Of a DNA stretch of 64,000 bases, positions 34,501 to 42,929 are shown piece after piece. The stretch's first letter is position 1. The number at the start of each line of letters is the position of its first letter. The position numbers and the translations under genes are program-made. Origin of the DNA: Octopus bimaculoides (taxonomy: Eukaryota); NCBI RefSeq assembly GCF_001194135.2, contig NC_068989.1, positions 88,786,252-88,850,251 on the forward strand, in the 5' to 3' direction. The notes beneath the pieces were generated by a model, which did no database searches, was not told where the DNA came from, and saw nothing but the letters and a program-made list of their open reading frames with translations.

Positions 34501-35852
34501 GGAGGGGTCGCATAGCCTTGCTAGAAGTGGCTTGGGATAATATTAATTTCAACTCATCAATTACATTTTTTATACTCTGCTGATGCTGGGGGGTCGCGTG
34601 GGTTTCAAGCTTTTGGGTAAGGGGTCGCGAGTGTAAAAGTTGGGAACCGTTGATCGAGATTAAAAAAAAAAAAAACAGCAAAACGTTCAAGAGAAATTTG
34701 AAATCCGAACGTGGAGATGAAACTGAAAGTAAAAATAAAACTATGCGCTACTTCGTTTTCATGTTCCCATGAAAGTAGTGTTTATCTTGTTAAAAGTGAA
34801 GGAAGACTTTATCTGAACAGAGTAAAAGTTTTATTTCTACAATACTGCTAAACAAATCTGGAGGACTTCAAGAATAGCTGTTCCACATAAGTTGGAATTT
34901 CTCCGTCTTAGGATTTTTCCAATGGGGAAACATTTAAAAGACATTTTTAAACCCATGCTTTTTAAACGTCTGTCCTCCTACCTCGTCGTACCTTTGGAAC
35001 AGCAGCCACCACTAAAATAAATCTTTTCTTTTTTGTCCACACTTTTCTGAGAAATTCCAACTTATGCGGGTTAGCTATTCCGGAAGTCCACCACGAAATG
35101 TCTGTTCAAATTTATTATCGAGAAAAATATAACGCCACATAAAATTCGAGTTTTGTGAGGCAATGAGAGAGGCTATAAGTTTAAAGAAAGTAACTCTTAT
35201 CTCGTGTATTTGATGTTAAAAAAAGTCCAAGTCAATAAAATGAAATCAGGGTTTTTTTCTTAAGTCCTTAACAGATTACCAACGTGTTGCTTGTTTATCA
35301 ACAGGGGCGATCTTACATCATTAATATTAGGAGTGTCAAAGAAAAATCTCCATCCCCAGATCGAATCTGAGGACACCTGATCAAAAAGACATTCCAGTCA
35401 TGACCATCTCTCCTTTTTTCAGACTGTATCCAGGTCTATATTCGGTCTGTGTACAAAGTGATATAATTTGGCTACAATTTTCTAGGTTGAACGACAACGT
35501 AGAGACACCCAAGTTTGCTCTTGTCGTGGATGTTTGCATCACTTTAACGCAAATATAGAAATGATGACACAAATGAGTTTGGGTGTTCATCCTTGTTATA
35601 GATAGATAGACAGGTAGATAGATAGATATAAAAATCAACAAGGAATGGAAACATACATATTGGTCACATGTGACACAACACTGCCTTTTTATTTACTGTA
35701 GCATCTATAAATATATTATTAATTTAAATATGAACTGAGGATTTGAAAATAACTTCTGAGTGATCATTTTAAAAATGATTGAAAGTTGCTAAATAAAATA
35801 ATAATCCAATTCCACAAACCTCTTCTTTATTTTCACTTGAACTTCCCTCCAT
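7318..35852 (-). CDS. CLP1: Polyribonucleotide 5'-hydroxyl kinase Clp1 (mRNA 3'-processing / tRNA-splicing factor); whole gene span, 13 coding exons, 428 aa
   Basis: Manually joined exons of 33+84+114+126+114+28+174+90+101+139+81+91+112 = 1287 nt read openly from ATG to TAA with matching intron phases. The protein is collinear with human CLP1 as I recall it: [25 protein letters not shown]-loop [73 protein letters not shown]. Confidence 0.97.
7621..7991 (-). mobile_element. SINE family B
   Basis: Near full-length reverse-complement copy. Confidence 0.85.
8207..8605 (+). mobile_element. SINE family B, full length
   Basis: GTGGCTGTGTGGTAAG...GGTTCCGGGTTCAGTCCC head through to the GTAAAA tail. 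Confidence 0.88.
8701..8791 (-). CDS. CLP1: CLP1 exon 12 ([29 protein letters not shown])
   Basis: TTTTTCAG acceptor; GT|GTAAGT donor; 91 nt. Confidence 0.94.
9295..9597 (+). repeat. ~300-bp polypurine (GA-rich) tract with internal repeated units
   Basis: Almost exclusively G/A, with recurring GAGACAGAAAGGCAGAGAGAG and GGGACAGATAAAGAGA units. Confidence 0.95.
9605..9685 (-). CDS. CLP1: CLP1 exon 11 ([26 protein letters not shown])
   Basis: TCTTTAG acceptor; CAG|GTAATT donor; 81 nt. Confidence 0.95.
10255..10608 (-). mobile_element. SINE family B
   Basis: Reverse-complement homology to 8207-8605. Confidence 0.8.
10637..10775 (-). CDS. CLP1: CLP1 exon 10 ([23 protein letters not shown]...VKIYKIG)
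   Basis: ATCAG acceptor; G|GTGAGT donor; 139 nt. Confidence 0.96.
10974..11359 (-). mobile_element. SINE family B
   Basis: Reverse-complement homology to 8207-8605. Confidence 0.85.
11958..12058 (-). CDS. CLP1: CLP1 exon 9 ([33 protein letters not shown])
   Basis: TTTTCAG acceptor; GGG|GTAAGG donor; 101 nt. Confidence 0.96.
12748..13046 (-). mobile_element. tRNA-headed SINE, family A (internally deleted)
   Basis: Same head and body as 181-560, lacking part of the middle. Confidence 0.8.
13524..13613 (-). CDS. CLP1: CLP1 exon 8 ([29 protein letters not shown])
   Basis: TTTCAG acceptor; G|GTCAGT donor; 90 nt. Confidence 0.95.
13879..14172 (+). mobile_element. SINE family B, 5' truncated
   Basis: CCAAAGCCTTGTGAGTGG through to the GTAAAAGAG tail. 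Confidence 0.82.
14240..14515. mobile_element. hAT-superfamily MITE
   Basis: TIRs CAGTAGATCCCAAA / TTTGGGAACCACTG; perfect 8-bp TSD GTGTAAAC (14232-14239, 14516-14523). Confidence 0.92.
14891..15064 (-). CDS. CLP1: CLP1 exon 7 ([26 protein letters not shown]...CEANKK)
   Basis: TTAACAG acceptor; A|GTAAGT donor; 174 nt, phase 1/1. Confidence 0.95.
15254..15281 (-). CDS. CLP1: CLP1 exon 6, 28-nt micro-exon (SMISIPGTL+G)
   Basis: TTTGTTTCCAG acceptor; G|GTAAGT donor; supplies the missing SIPGT motif and the phase-1 junction. Confidence 0.93.
16654..16767 (-). CDS. CLP1: CLP1 exon 5, Walker A / P-loop ([38 protein letters not shown])
   Basis: TTTTTGCAG acceptor; CAA|GTGAGT donor; 114 nt. Confidence 0.96.
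17648..17993 (+). mobile_element. Composite retroposon: inverted deleted copy, tRNA-like head and hammerhead-containing tail, flanked by a 12-bp TSD
   Basis: TAAGCATACCAT at 17636-17647 and 17994-18005; A box 17772-17782 and B box 17815-17826 at tRNA spacing; inverted arms 17689-17744 and 17940-17995. Confidence 0.85.
17902..17947 (+). ncRNA. Minimal type I hammerhead ribozyme motif (Penelope-like)
   Basis: Stem I GACAC/GTGTT; core CTGATGA plus an extra A; stem II GGCTG/CAGCC; GAAA; loopless palindromic stem III AACGTT; predicted cleavage after GUU at 17942. Confidence 0.75.
18290..18835 (+). mobile_element. Internally deleted mariner (Tc1/mariner) element
   Basis: ~30-bp imperfect TIRs (CAAGGTCTGGATCAAGAAGTACTGGGA / TCCCAATACTATTTGATCAGACCTTG), TA on the right flank; transposase remnants [11 protein letters not shown] and [15 protein letters not shown]. 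Confidence 0.85.
19073..19198 (-). CDS. CLP1: CLP1 exon 4 ([42 protein letters not shown])
   Basis: Preceded by TCCTTAAT branch site and an AC 3' splice site; AGG|GTGAGT donor; 126 nt. Confidence 0.95.
19199..21137 (-). other. U12-type (minor spliceosome) AT-AC intron, CLP1 intron 3
   Basis: 5' splice site ATATCCTTT; branch site TCCTTAAT about 10-17 nt upstream of the terminal AC; splicing here gives ...HGCSIK|LIGKTE..., collinear with CLP1 HGCSVQLSGRTE. Confidence 0.95.
19965..20305 (-). mobile_element. tRNA-headed SINE, family H
   Basis: tRNA-like A/B-box head at the right end; plus-strand homologue at about 45250-45585. Confidence 0.78.
21138..21251 (-). CDS. CLP1: CLP1 exon 3 ([38 protein letters not shown])
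   Basis: TTTTGCAG acceptor; ends at U12 donor AAA|ATATCCTTT; 114 nt. Confidence 0.95.
22096..22330 (+). mobile_element. SINE family D (GGCGAGCTGGCAGAAACGTTAGC head)
   Basis: Homologous to 61078-61290 (+) and to decayed minus-strand copies at about 700-905 and 13170-13370. Confidence 0.78.
22604..22940 (-). mobile_element. SINE family B
   Basis: Reverse-complement homology. Further decayed copies at about 21580-21845, 31010-31335 and 53600-53917. Confidence 0.78.
23202..23272 (+). repeat. (GACAATT/GACATATT)n 7-8-mer tandem repeat
   Basis: About 10 consecutive units. Confidence 0.95.
26425..26801 (+). mobile_element. tRNA-headed SINE, family A, with (AAC)n tail and perfect 13-bp TSD
   Basis: CCTTGTCGTATCC at 26412-26424 and 26802-26814. 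Confidence 0.92.
28151..29270 (-). mobile_element. RTE LINE 3' end (ORF C-terminus, 3' UTR, (GAT)n tail) nested inside a family-B SINE
   Basis: ORF piece RRLERNE...RRLSWYGHV...[12 protein letters not shown] runs into the 3' UTR; the interrupted SINE head is at about 28048-28148 and resumes at about 29280. Confidence 0.85.
29383..29810 (+). mobile_element. 5'-truncated RTE-type 3' end with four ~67-bp internal tandem units and a (GAT)n tail
   Basis: Shares the AAAAGCACCCACTACACTCTCGGAGTGG...GTTAAACGATGATG end with copies at about 3225-3500, 10826-10965, 12170-12495, 19545-19910, 33100-33365 and 47500-47830(-). Confidence 0.8.
31431..31505. repeat. (TA)n microsatellite
   Basis: Direct reading. 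Confidence 0.97.
31840..32243 (+). mobile_element. RTE LINE internal fragment fused to a SINE-D 3' end (32243-32310)
   Basis: Highly similar to 48290-48965 but with an internal deletion of about 300 bp. Confidence 0.85.
34309..34392 (-). CDS. CLP1: CLP1 exon 2 ([28 protein letters not shown])
   Basis: Polypyrimidine tract plus TTTTCAG acceptor; GAG|GTTGGT donor; 84 nt, phase 0/0. Confidence 0.92.
34458..34652. mobile_element. hAT-superfamily MITE
   Basis: Degenerate TIRs CAGGTGTTCCCCA / TTGGGAACCGTTG; 8-bp TSD ATCTAGAT / ATCGAGAT (7/8 match). Confidence 0.8.
35820..35852 (-). CDS. CLP1: CLP1 coding exon 1 ([11 protein letters not shown])
   Basis: ATG at 35852-35850; phase-0 donor GAG|GTTTGT joins in frame to exon 2; N-terminal length fits CLP1. 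Confidence 0.8.
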
Positions 35853-36399
35853 CTTGAATAGCAAAAATTTACGATGAAGACAAATCTCACATGAGCGAGA
35901 AAAAGTTAAAACTGATTTTTTTTCTTTTTCAACAAAATAATAATATTTAATTATTATAAACTTCAAAAAAACTTAAAGAAATAATAAACTATACACCTTA
36001 ATTATAATTTAACTATTTTCGGATTATTATTAGTATTGAAAACAAAATAACAAAAACCTTTATCTATAGTATCTAAAAAAATACATCACAACGAGATTAC
36101 ATACATTTGTTTCGATTTCGCTGTTTTCATTCTTATGATTATACTATTTTGAGTTTATTCAATAAAAAAAAATCTTAAAATTTCATTAAACTTTCAAATA
36201 AATATTTATTTATACTGAAATTGATTTACCTAAAGCAACTAGAAAACGAAAGAGAAAAAAAAATAATAATAAGCAAACGACGAAAGAGGAAGACGTGTGT
36301 GGTTTGTGTATAAAGCGGTGCATGCTGGGAAAGTTTTGTGCAGTCCTTGTATCTGCTGCTGTCAGACATTTGGATCAGTATAAGGAAGACGGAGAAACT

Positions 36400-36506
36400 G
36401 GCCAAGCAACATTTAAACAACTCAAGTGGCACTCACTAATTCTTCTTCTTTAGTTTAGCCACATCTTTGTGTGTGTGTGTGTGTTTTTTTTTCTTTTTGC
36501 TGCGAG
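36400..36506 (+). promoter_or_regulatory. Candidate non-coding first exon of the DnaJ gene (5' boundary approximate)
   Basis: Consensus donor GAG|GTAAGT at 36506/36507 in the CpG-richer region about 650 bp from the CLP1 ATG; no plus-strand coding exon found between here and 62813. Confidence 0.5.
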
Positions 36507-37500
36507 GTAAGTGAACTCATCGCCAACTGCTTGCTATTTACAGTTTCTTTCATTTTTCCTTTTTAAATAATCTCTTGTGTAAAATGTCTCGAAAGTTCAC
36601 TTGATCTAATTTACCCTCCATTTGTATATGTACAATATTTTTTAGCTAGCTGTCTTGCAATATCATATATACATACACTGCAAGCCATTTCTCTACAAAT
36701 ATTAAATATATGAAACATATATGTGCACTATATTCCGTTTCCATGTACACTCGCCATTTAAATATCTGGCTGTTTGCGTATGCATATAATATATATACAC
36801 ACACACATATATACACGCCATTGATAGGTGTATGTAACATCTTCCACTTTAGTATATGTTTATGTATGTTCACCATATTTATACACTCTTCTGCTGATGT
36901 ATATATACATTATTATTAGTATGTTTACATCATTGTATATATGTATATGTATGCTCGCCATATGTAAGTATATTATACAATTTCTGTGTTTATATAACCT
37001 TGCGTTTATAAGTTTCTACACCCTTTATTTGAATGTGTACGTGTTCTAAACCCCTTCCGTTCTTTGTATGCGGGTGTGTATTTATTGATGTACGTTTCCT
37101 AGTTGAGTCTCTCCTTACTCAACAATGGAAACCTAACCCAATGGATTCACTTGTGCTTGACTGCTGTTCTCTTCAAATACTTTCATCCGTGTGACACATA
37201 TCTTATATACACACACGCACCGTCTATATAAATATATATATACACATACACAAACCTTTTATGTGGGTTTTAAAATCCTATGGAGATACGAATGGAGGTG
37301 GGGAAATCACAAACTATTTGTTTCTTTATGTTGAAGTTTCGTGTGTGTTTGTTGCCTTTTATTATAGAGGAAAAAAATAGTATTAAATGGTTATATGTAT
37401 TGATCAAACATATTTGCGTGTGTATGTATATATGTGTACATACACACAAATACGTTTTTTTTTTCTTAGTTTAGTCTGAAACATTATTGACTAGGAAAGG

Positions 37501-37520
37501 GGACATGCCTCGGCATGTCT
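37501..37520. promoter_or_regulatory. p53-family response element-like motif
   Basis: GGACATGCCT CGGCATGTCT matches RRRCWWGYYY x2 at 19/20 positions, with zero spacer and CATG in both cores. Confidence 0.45.
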
Positions 37521-38717
37521 ACAAATATTCATTTTAACGTATTTTTATTATATATGTTGTATTTATAAATAGCTATTGCGTCTGTGTGTGTATATATACA
37601 TTAATGCAGACGCAATACAGAGTATAATGTCACTAGTTTTGGATTGTCTCGATTATGAGAGCTTTATAGTAGCATATCAAAGATAAGAGGAAGTGAAATC
37701 TCTCTCTGCACACGTACATTACACACACACACACATGAGTATATAATGTGTCTGTGTGTGTGTGTATATGTATGGAGAGAAAGGTGGATGATTGAGATTA
37801 CACGCTTTTTCGGAGTAATTTCTCAGAATATTGTATGGGAATGGAACTTGCAGAACAGCTCAGCTTTGTATAAAGAGAAATATTGGTTTTGATGGTGGAG
37901 AGATACTGATATAATAGAAGTGGGCTTCTTTTCCTAGTATCATCTTAAACCTTTCCATACTAGTATCATATTTTAATCCTACTATCTATCCATATATATA
38001 TAACTGCATATAGTCTAGTGGAAATTTAAAACCTCCATCCTTAACTCGCTGTGAATACGTCGACATAATTATTTTCCATCAATTTCCTATTGATTTCTTT
38101 TACTTTTCTGGTCCTATTCTTTTGTTCATTGTTAGCTGCATTTTTTCAAGTTTAACTCCAGTCGGGATTGACAAAGCTTAGAAACCAACTCGGCTTTAGA
38201 AATAGTATATCTTGTTTTTAGTTTTGGTTTCAAAACACATCCGCTTCCCACAAATTTGTGTTCTTATGCCCAAGTCAGAAACTGTGTGTGTGTGTATAAA
38301 AATCGACAGTTTGGCTGAAATAAATCTCATCCTTCGTAAATCGAGTTCAAATCCCAATAGTTTATTTTAATCCCCACTTTTTAAAATCGATAAAAAAAAT
38401 GTTGAATAGGTTCAGTCATCCCGTTCCTCCAGAAAATATCTACCACCGTGTTCTTCGTAAAAGATATCTTTATAATAAATGCGTATACGTGTGTAATATA
38501 CACACAGTTAAGAGTTTGTTTACAAATAGCTAAGTATGGCGAGACAGGATCAACTGTTTATGTAGGTCTCATTTCTTCCAGAGCTCATGGCCGTCCAATG
38601 TGTCTCCTTTATATTTTATTTAACAACCACTTCCAGCAGTTTCCATCGATGCGCTGCAAATCGCTCGAGTTTTCTGAATAAACGACCAGACAATGCAATA
38701 AGTTTAGTTGATTGATA

Positions 38718-39066
38718 GGAATTTTCTGGAAGCACTCAATCAAGACGAGTGTGGTGAAATAGGATTGGACGGGTCCTATTGTTGGCAGTTGTAACTAAGT
38801 TTGTGGATTAATGTTTGGAAAACTTCAAGACTGAGGGTGGGAAAGAAACATATGGCTTTTGTTTATTATTTATTTTAGGTTAAAAAAAACCATTTAGAAT
38901 GTACACATTACAATGTGTAGGCTATTCGTATGTAAACCGGATTACATGTCCTAAACAACTTGAAAACAATGTCGCGACACTACTTCCCTATGTTTTGTGA
39001 AATTTCTAGAAACCAAATTCACATGTAATCGTTCACTTGAGTAACCCTGTACATGTTATATATAAA
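38718..39066 (+). promoter_or_regulatory. Two perfect heat-shock elements plus a TATA box
   Basis: gGAAttTTCtgGAAg at 38718-38732; tGAAatTTCtaGAAa at 38998-39012; TATATAAA at 39059-39066. Confidence 0.55.
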
Positions 39067-41501
39067 TGCGTCTTAATTTTTATTCTGTTTTTAATTACTC
39101 TGTTAAGTAATTTCGTCCCATGGTCTGTAGAAACATTTTTTAAAAAAAACTTTAATGTTTCAAACTATTTAGAATGTTTATTTTATTCTGCGAATATTTC
39201 CCTAATGATGGAAACACGACCATATCGTTGGAATAACAAACCCAAAACTGAACGCCAGATGAATTTCTCAAACCTGTTTAAAAATGTAAAATGCTGTAGT
39301 TCTTAGTGGAAAATCGAACTCAACTGTTATCCTTTCAACTTTTTTTTTTTTTGTACCAACTTAAATTTTTTTCTTTTTTTTTTTACTGCTGAGACGCTCT
39401 GATTGTGTATGAGTGAACTTGACTATACCATAGGTTTCGATAGTTTTTCTTCCTTTAGTGGTTTGTATCGACTCATTTACTTCGTTTCAGTTATTACTGG
39501 CGTTTCTTTTTATTTATGGCGAGTGAGGACAACGTGGGGTTTGAACACTGAAATTTTGCTGTTGATCGGACGCTCTGTTACTTAAGTTCTTTTTCTTTTA
39601 GTTTTGTCCGGAATTTCTCTCTCTCTCTCTATTAAACGCTATTGTTCGTTATCAAATCAAAAGAAACGGTTCTCTTTTGCCACACTGAATTGTTCACTGA
39701 TCTTGGTTCCCAAGGTCTCTAAAAAAACCTCATAAACGTATATATTACCTTACTACAAAGAGAGGTGAGGGACATTACGAAAAATTAGTTTCATCAGCTG
39801 CTTTTGATAAACTGATTCAATTTATTTATTCATGGCTAGTTGAATGTTTACACAAGTTTGTCTTGTTTACTCGTTACGTCTCTCGGACTAGAATGGATGT
39901 TTGCGAAATGGTGATAATATTTAGGGACAGACCGGGAGATAAGGATTAATGAACGTTTAAAAAGCAATTTGAAGACATTTCTCGTTTCCTATTCTTTGCA
40001 GAGGAGAATTTTTGTTGGGCAGTGTTTTGTCCAGCTTTCGACACTCACGAAATAGTTCAAGGAAAAGTATATGAGGGTGAAAGATGTTATTTTTACAGCA
40101 TTAACTAATACATCCTTTTGTGCATTAAATGCAATATTGTCTTTATTTACAAGTGTGTGTGTGTGTGTGTGTGTATTTGGAACTTACTGAATCTGTGGTT
40201 CCTCGTCAACTATGGAAGTACTGGTTATATTTGCCATTCTGTATCAAAGCTGTCTTGCAGCAGGGATGGTACTCGTGCAGAGGTAGACCAAGAAAGGAAT
40301 AAATGAATTTAAATAAAACACTTAAATATGACAGACTAATGGAGGTATGCAGTGACATGTATAAACATGTTGAAACAGTGAGTCTATTCGCTGTTCCCTT
40401 GTAAAATGGAAAACTTTTATGAATTTAATTTTTTACTCCTTACTAAATACTCTCATAGAAACATAAGTTTCTTGTATTTTACCCAAATTGTTCAAACCCT
40501 TCATTTACCCATCTATTGAATAAAAGGTGTTAAGTAAGGGCAGGTAATTCATGTGATTGAGATTCTGTTCGTGTCTTATTTCTTGAGTATACTATTCAAA
40601 TCATTAATTTAATTAATGTATATTTATTTCCCATAGTAAGGATGGGATAGTTTCAGTTCACTTGGGAATTGTTGGCAATATTTTGTTATTGTTTTACATC
40701 AAAGTGATATTGCTAATTCTTGTGAACTGGTAATATGTATAATCAGTATGGTAAAATAGTGTACCTTACCTAGAGACATGACACTGGTTAATGCTTTGAA
40801 CTCTTAATCTTGTGATCAGCATTTCATCACTACCTGACCAGTTAATCCGTTCCATATAGTTTTATATGGTAACTAGTTTTAACAGTTTATTGCACTGTAT
40901 CTCTTGAAGCTTGTCAACTTTAGTACTGTACATATTAACTATATGGTCTCATATTGGCTTGTTTTATTGTAACACTAAACATTTTAGTGAAGTGTTTCAC
41001 AAGCTAGTTTTTTTGTAAAAGTTCAACACCAAATTTACATGGCCACACTAAATACATTTTGTCAGCTGTTTTGGTTAGTAATAGTTAATCCAGAAATTAC
41101 TGAAGGGATTTTGTTGATAGATATTTAGAAAGATTTTACCATCCTTCTGCTTTGTGAAGTTTAAGAATTCTTAATACAATAGTTTTTTTAATTATTACAT
41201 GGTAGTGATATATTTTCCAGTATTCTGATTACAATACATTGGGTAAGTAAAAGTTCATTGTTTCTGATCTTGTTACATAATCACACAAAAAACTGGGTTG
41301 AAATTAGCAAAAGATTAAAATAAGCTATATGGAAACAACTTGTATTTTATTGCCTAAATATTTAAAATAAAAATTATGGTAAAACAAAGTTCAGTCTTTT
41401 GTATGGAATAAAAAATCATTAGCATTTATCAAGTCATAATATATCTGAATGAATTAAAAACTGGAGTGACTGCAATCAACTGAAACCCTTTTTAATATAC
41501 G

Positions 41502-42135
41502 TGTATACATGCATCATACAATCTTCCTTTCACTTGTAGAGAGATACCTTTTGTAGCCAACAGAAGTAACAGCAATTTGAATTTCTGTCATCCCATTCTT
41601 ATCCTAGCTATTTACTTGAGTTAAGTTACTTGGTCATGACCCCTGGCCGGAGCCCATGCACTGTACAAACAAGACAGACAAACCAGAAAGATTTTCAATA
41701 ATATTAACATAGTAAAGAGCAGCTGTTTTATATGTGTGGTTGTCATCATCGTTTAACGTCCACTTTCCATGCTGGCATGGGTTAGACGATTTGGCTGAGG
41801 ACTGGCGAACCAGATGGCTGCACCAGGCTCCAATCTGATCTGGAAAGCGGATGTTAAACGATGATGATGATGACACAACCACACACACATATAAAACAGC
41901 TGCTCTTTTACAAAAATAGCATACTATGTTAATATTATTGAAAATCTTTCTGGTTTGTCTGTCTTGTTTGTACAGAGCATGGGGTCCAGCCAAGGGTTAT
42001 AACCAAGTAACTTAATTCAAGTAAATAGCTAGGATAAGAATGGGGATGGCAGAAATTCAAAGTGCTGTTACTTCTGTTGGCTACATAAGGTATCTCTCTA
42101 CAAGTGAAAGGAAGATTGTATGATGCATGTATACA
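41502..42135. repeat. Long inverted duplication (arms 41502-41769 and 41841-42135, 71-bp spacer)
   Basis: Arms are reverse complements along their whole length apart from scattered substitutions and small indels. Confidence 0.92.
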
Positions 42136-42929
42136 AAAAGCAATTCTACATGGTAGTGAGATGTGGGCCCTGAATGCAGAGAACATGCAAAGGTTAGAAA
42201 GGAATGAGGCTACTATGCTCTGCTGGATGTGTCGTGTACGTGTTCAACAGTGCTAATGTATTGAGAGAGAAGTTAGGCATAAGAGTAAATAGATGCTTGT
42301 GTGCATGAAAGAAGTGATCTCACAAAGTAGATGGAACACACGGAAGTGGGAGACCAAGGAAGGCATGGGACTGAGGAACGCTGAACCTTTCAGGCAAGAA
42401 GACGAAGGACCAAGATGTCTGGTACTTTGCTGTACTCAAGAAGACTGTACTCTACAGCAGAAGTGTTAAGGCCAGTTCCCTCTTGTGGAGAGGATTGGCC
42501 TGCAAGAGTCATGTGTCAGTGCCATATAAGCACTCGTGCCAACACCACATAAAAGCATCCAGCTGTAAAAACCATGCCGAATTAGACTTGAGCCTGGAGT
42601 AGCTCTCCAGCATGGACAACAGATGTTAAATGACCATGACTCATTCAGCGCTTACCTTCTATAAACTAACTTGTACATTAGGTGTTTGGCTAATTAAAAA
42701 AAAAAAAGGTTTTGTGTTCCCATTCCAGCCCATTTGATGTCAAATAAAACAGGCATAGATGGTAACACTTGTGAGTGTATATATGTATATGCGTGCACAC
42801 ACGCAATTTTCATCCTTTACTAGGAAAAGATTGAATACTCAACCTGGACTAGATATTAGTAACTTTAGGGTGAGAGCTAGGTGAAGCCAGAGACAAGTCC
42901 TCCTGGAGGAGGAGATGGAAATTGAAAGA

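Noticed and set aside
36226-36432. ORF containing MSDSSRYKDC... as the CLP1 N-terminus
   Set aside because: Its only good donor is phase 2, whereas exon 2 needs phase 0; the exon at 35820-35852 fits instead.
40002-40110. Good acceptor (TTCCTATTCTTTGCAG) suggesting an exon
   Set aside because: No convincing donor and no recognisable open frame; could only be assessed with RNA-seq.
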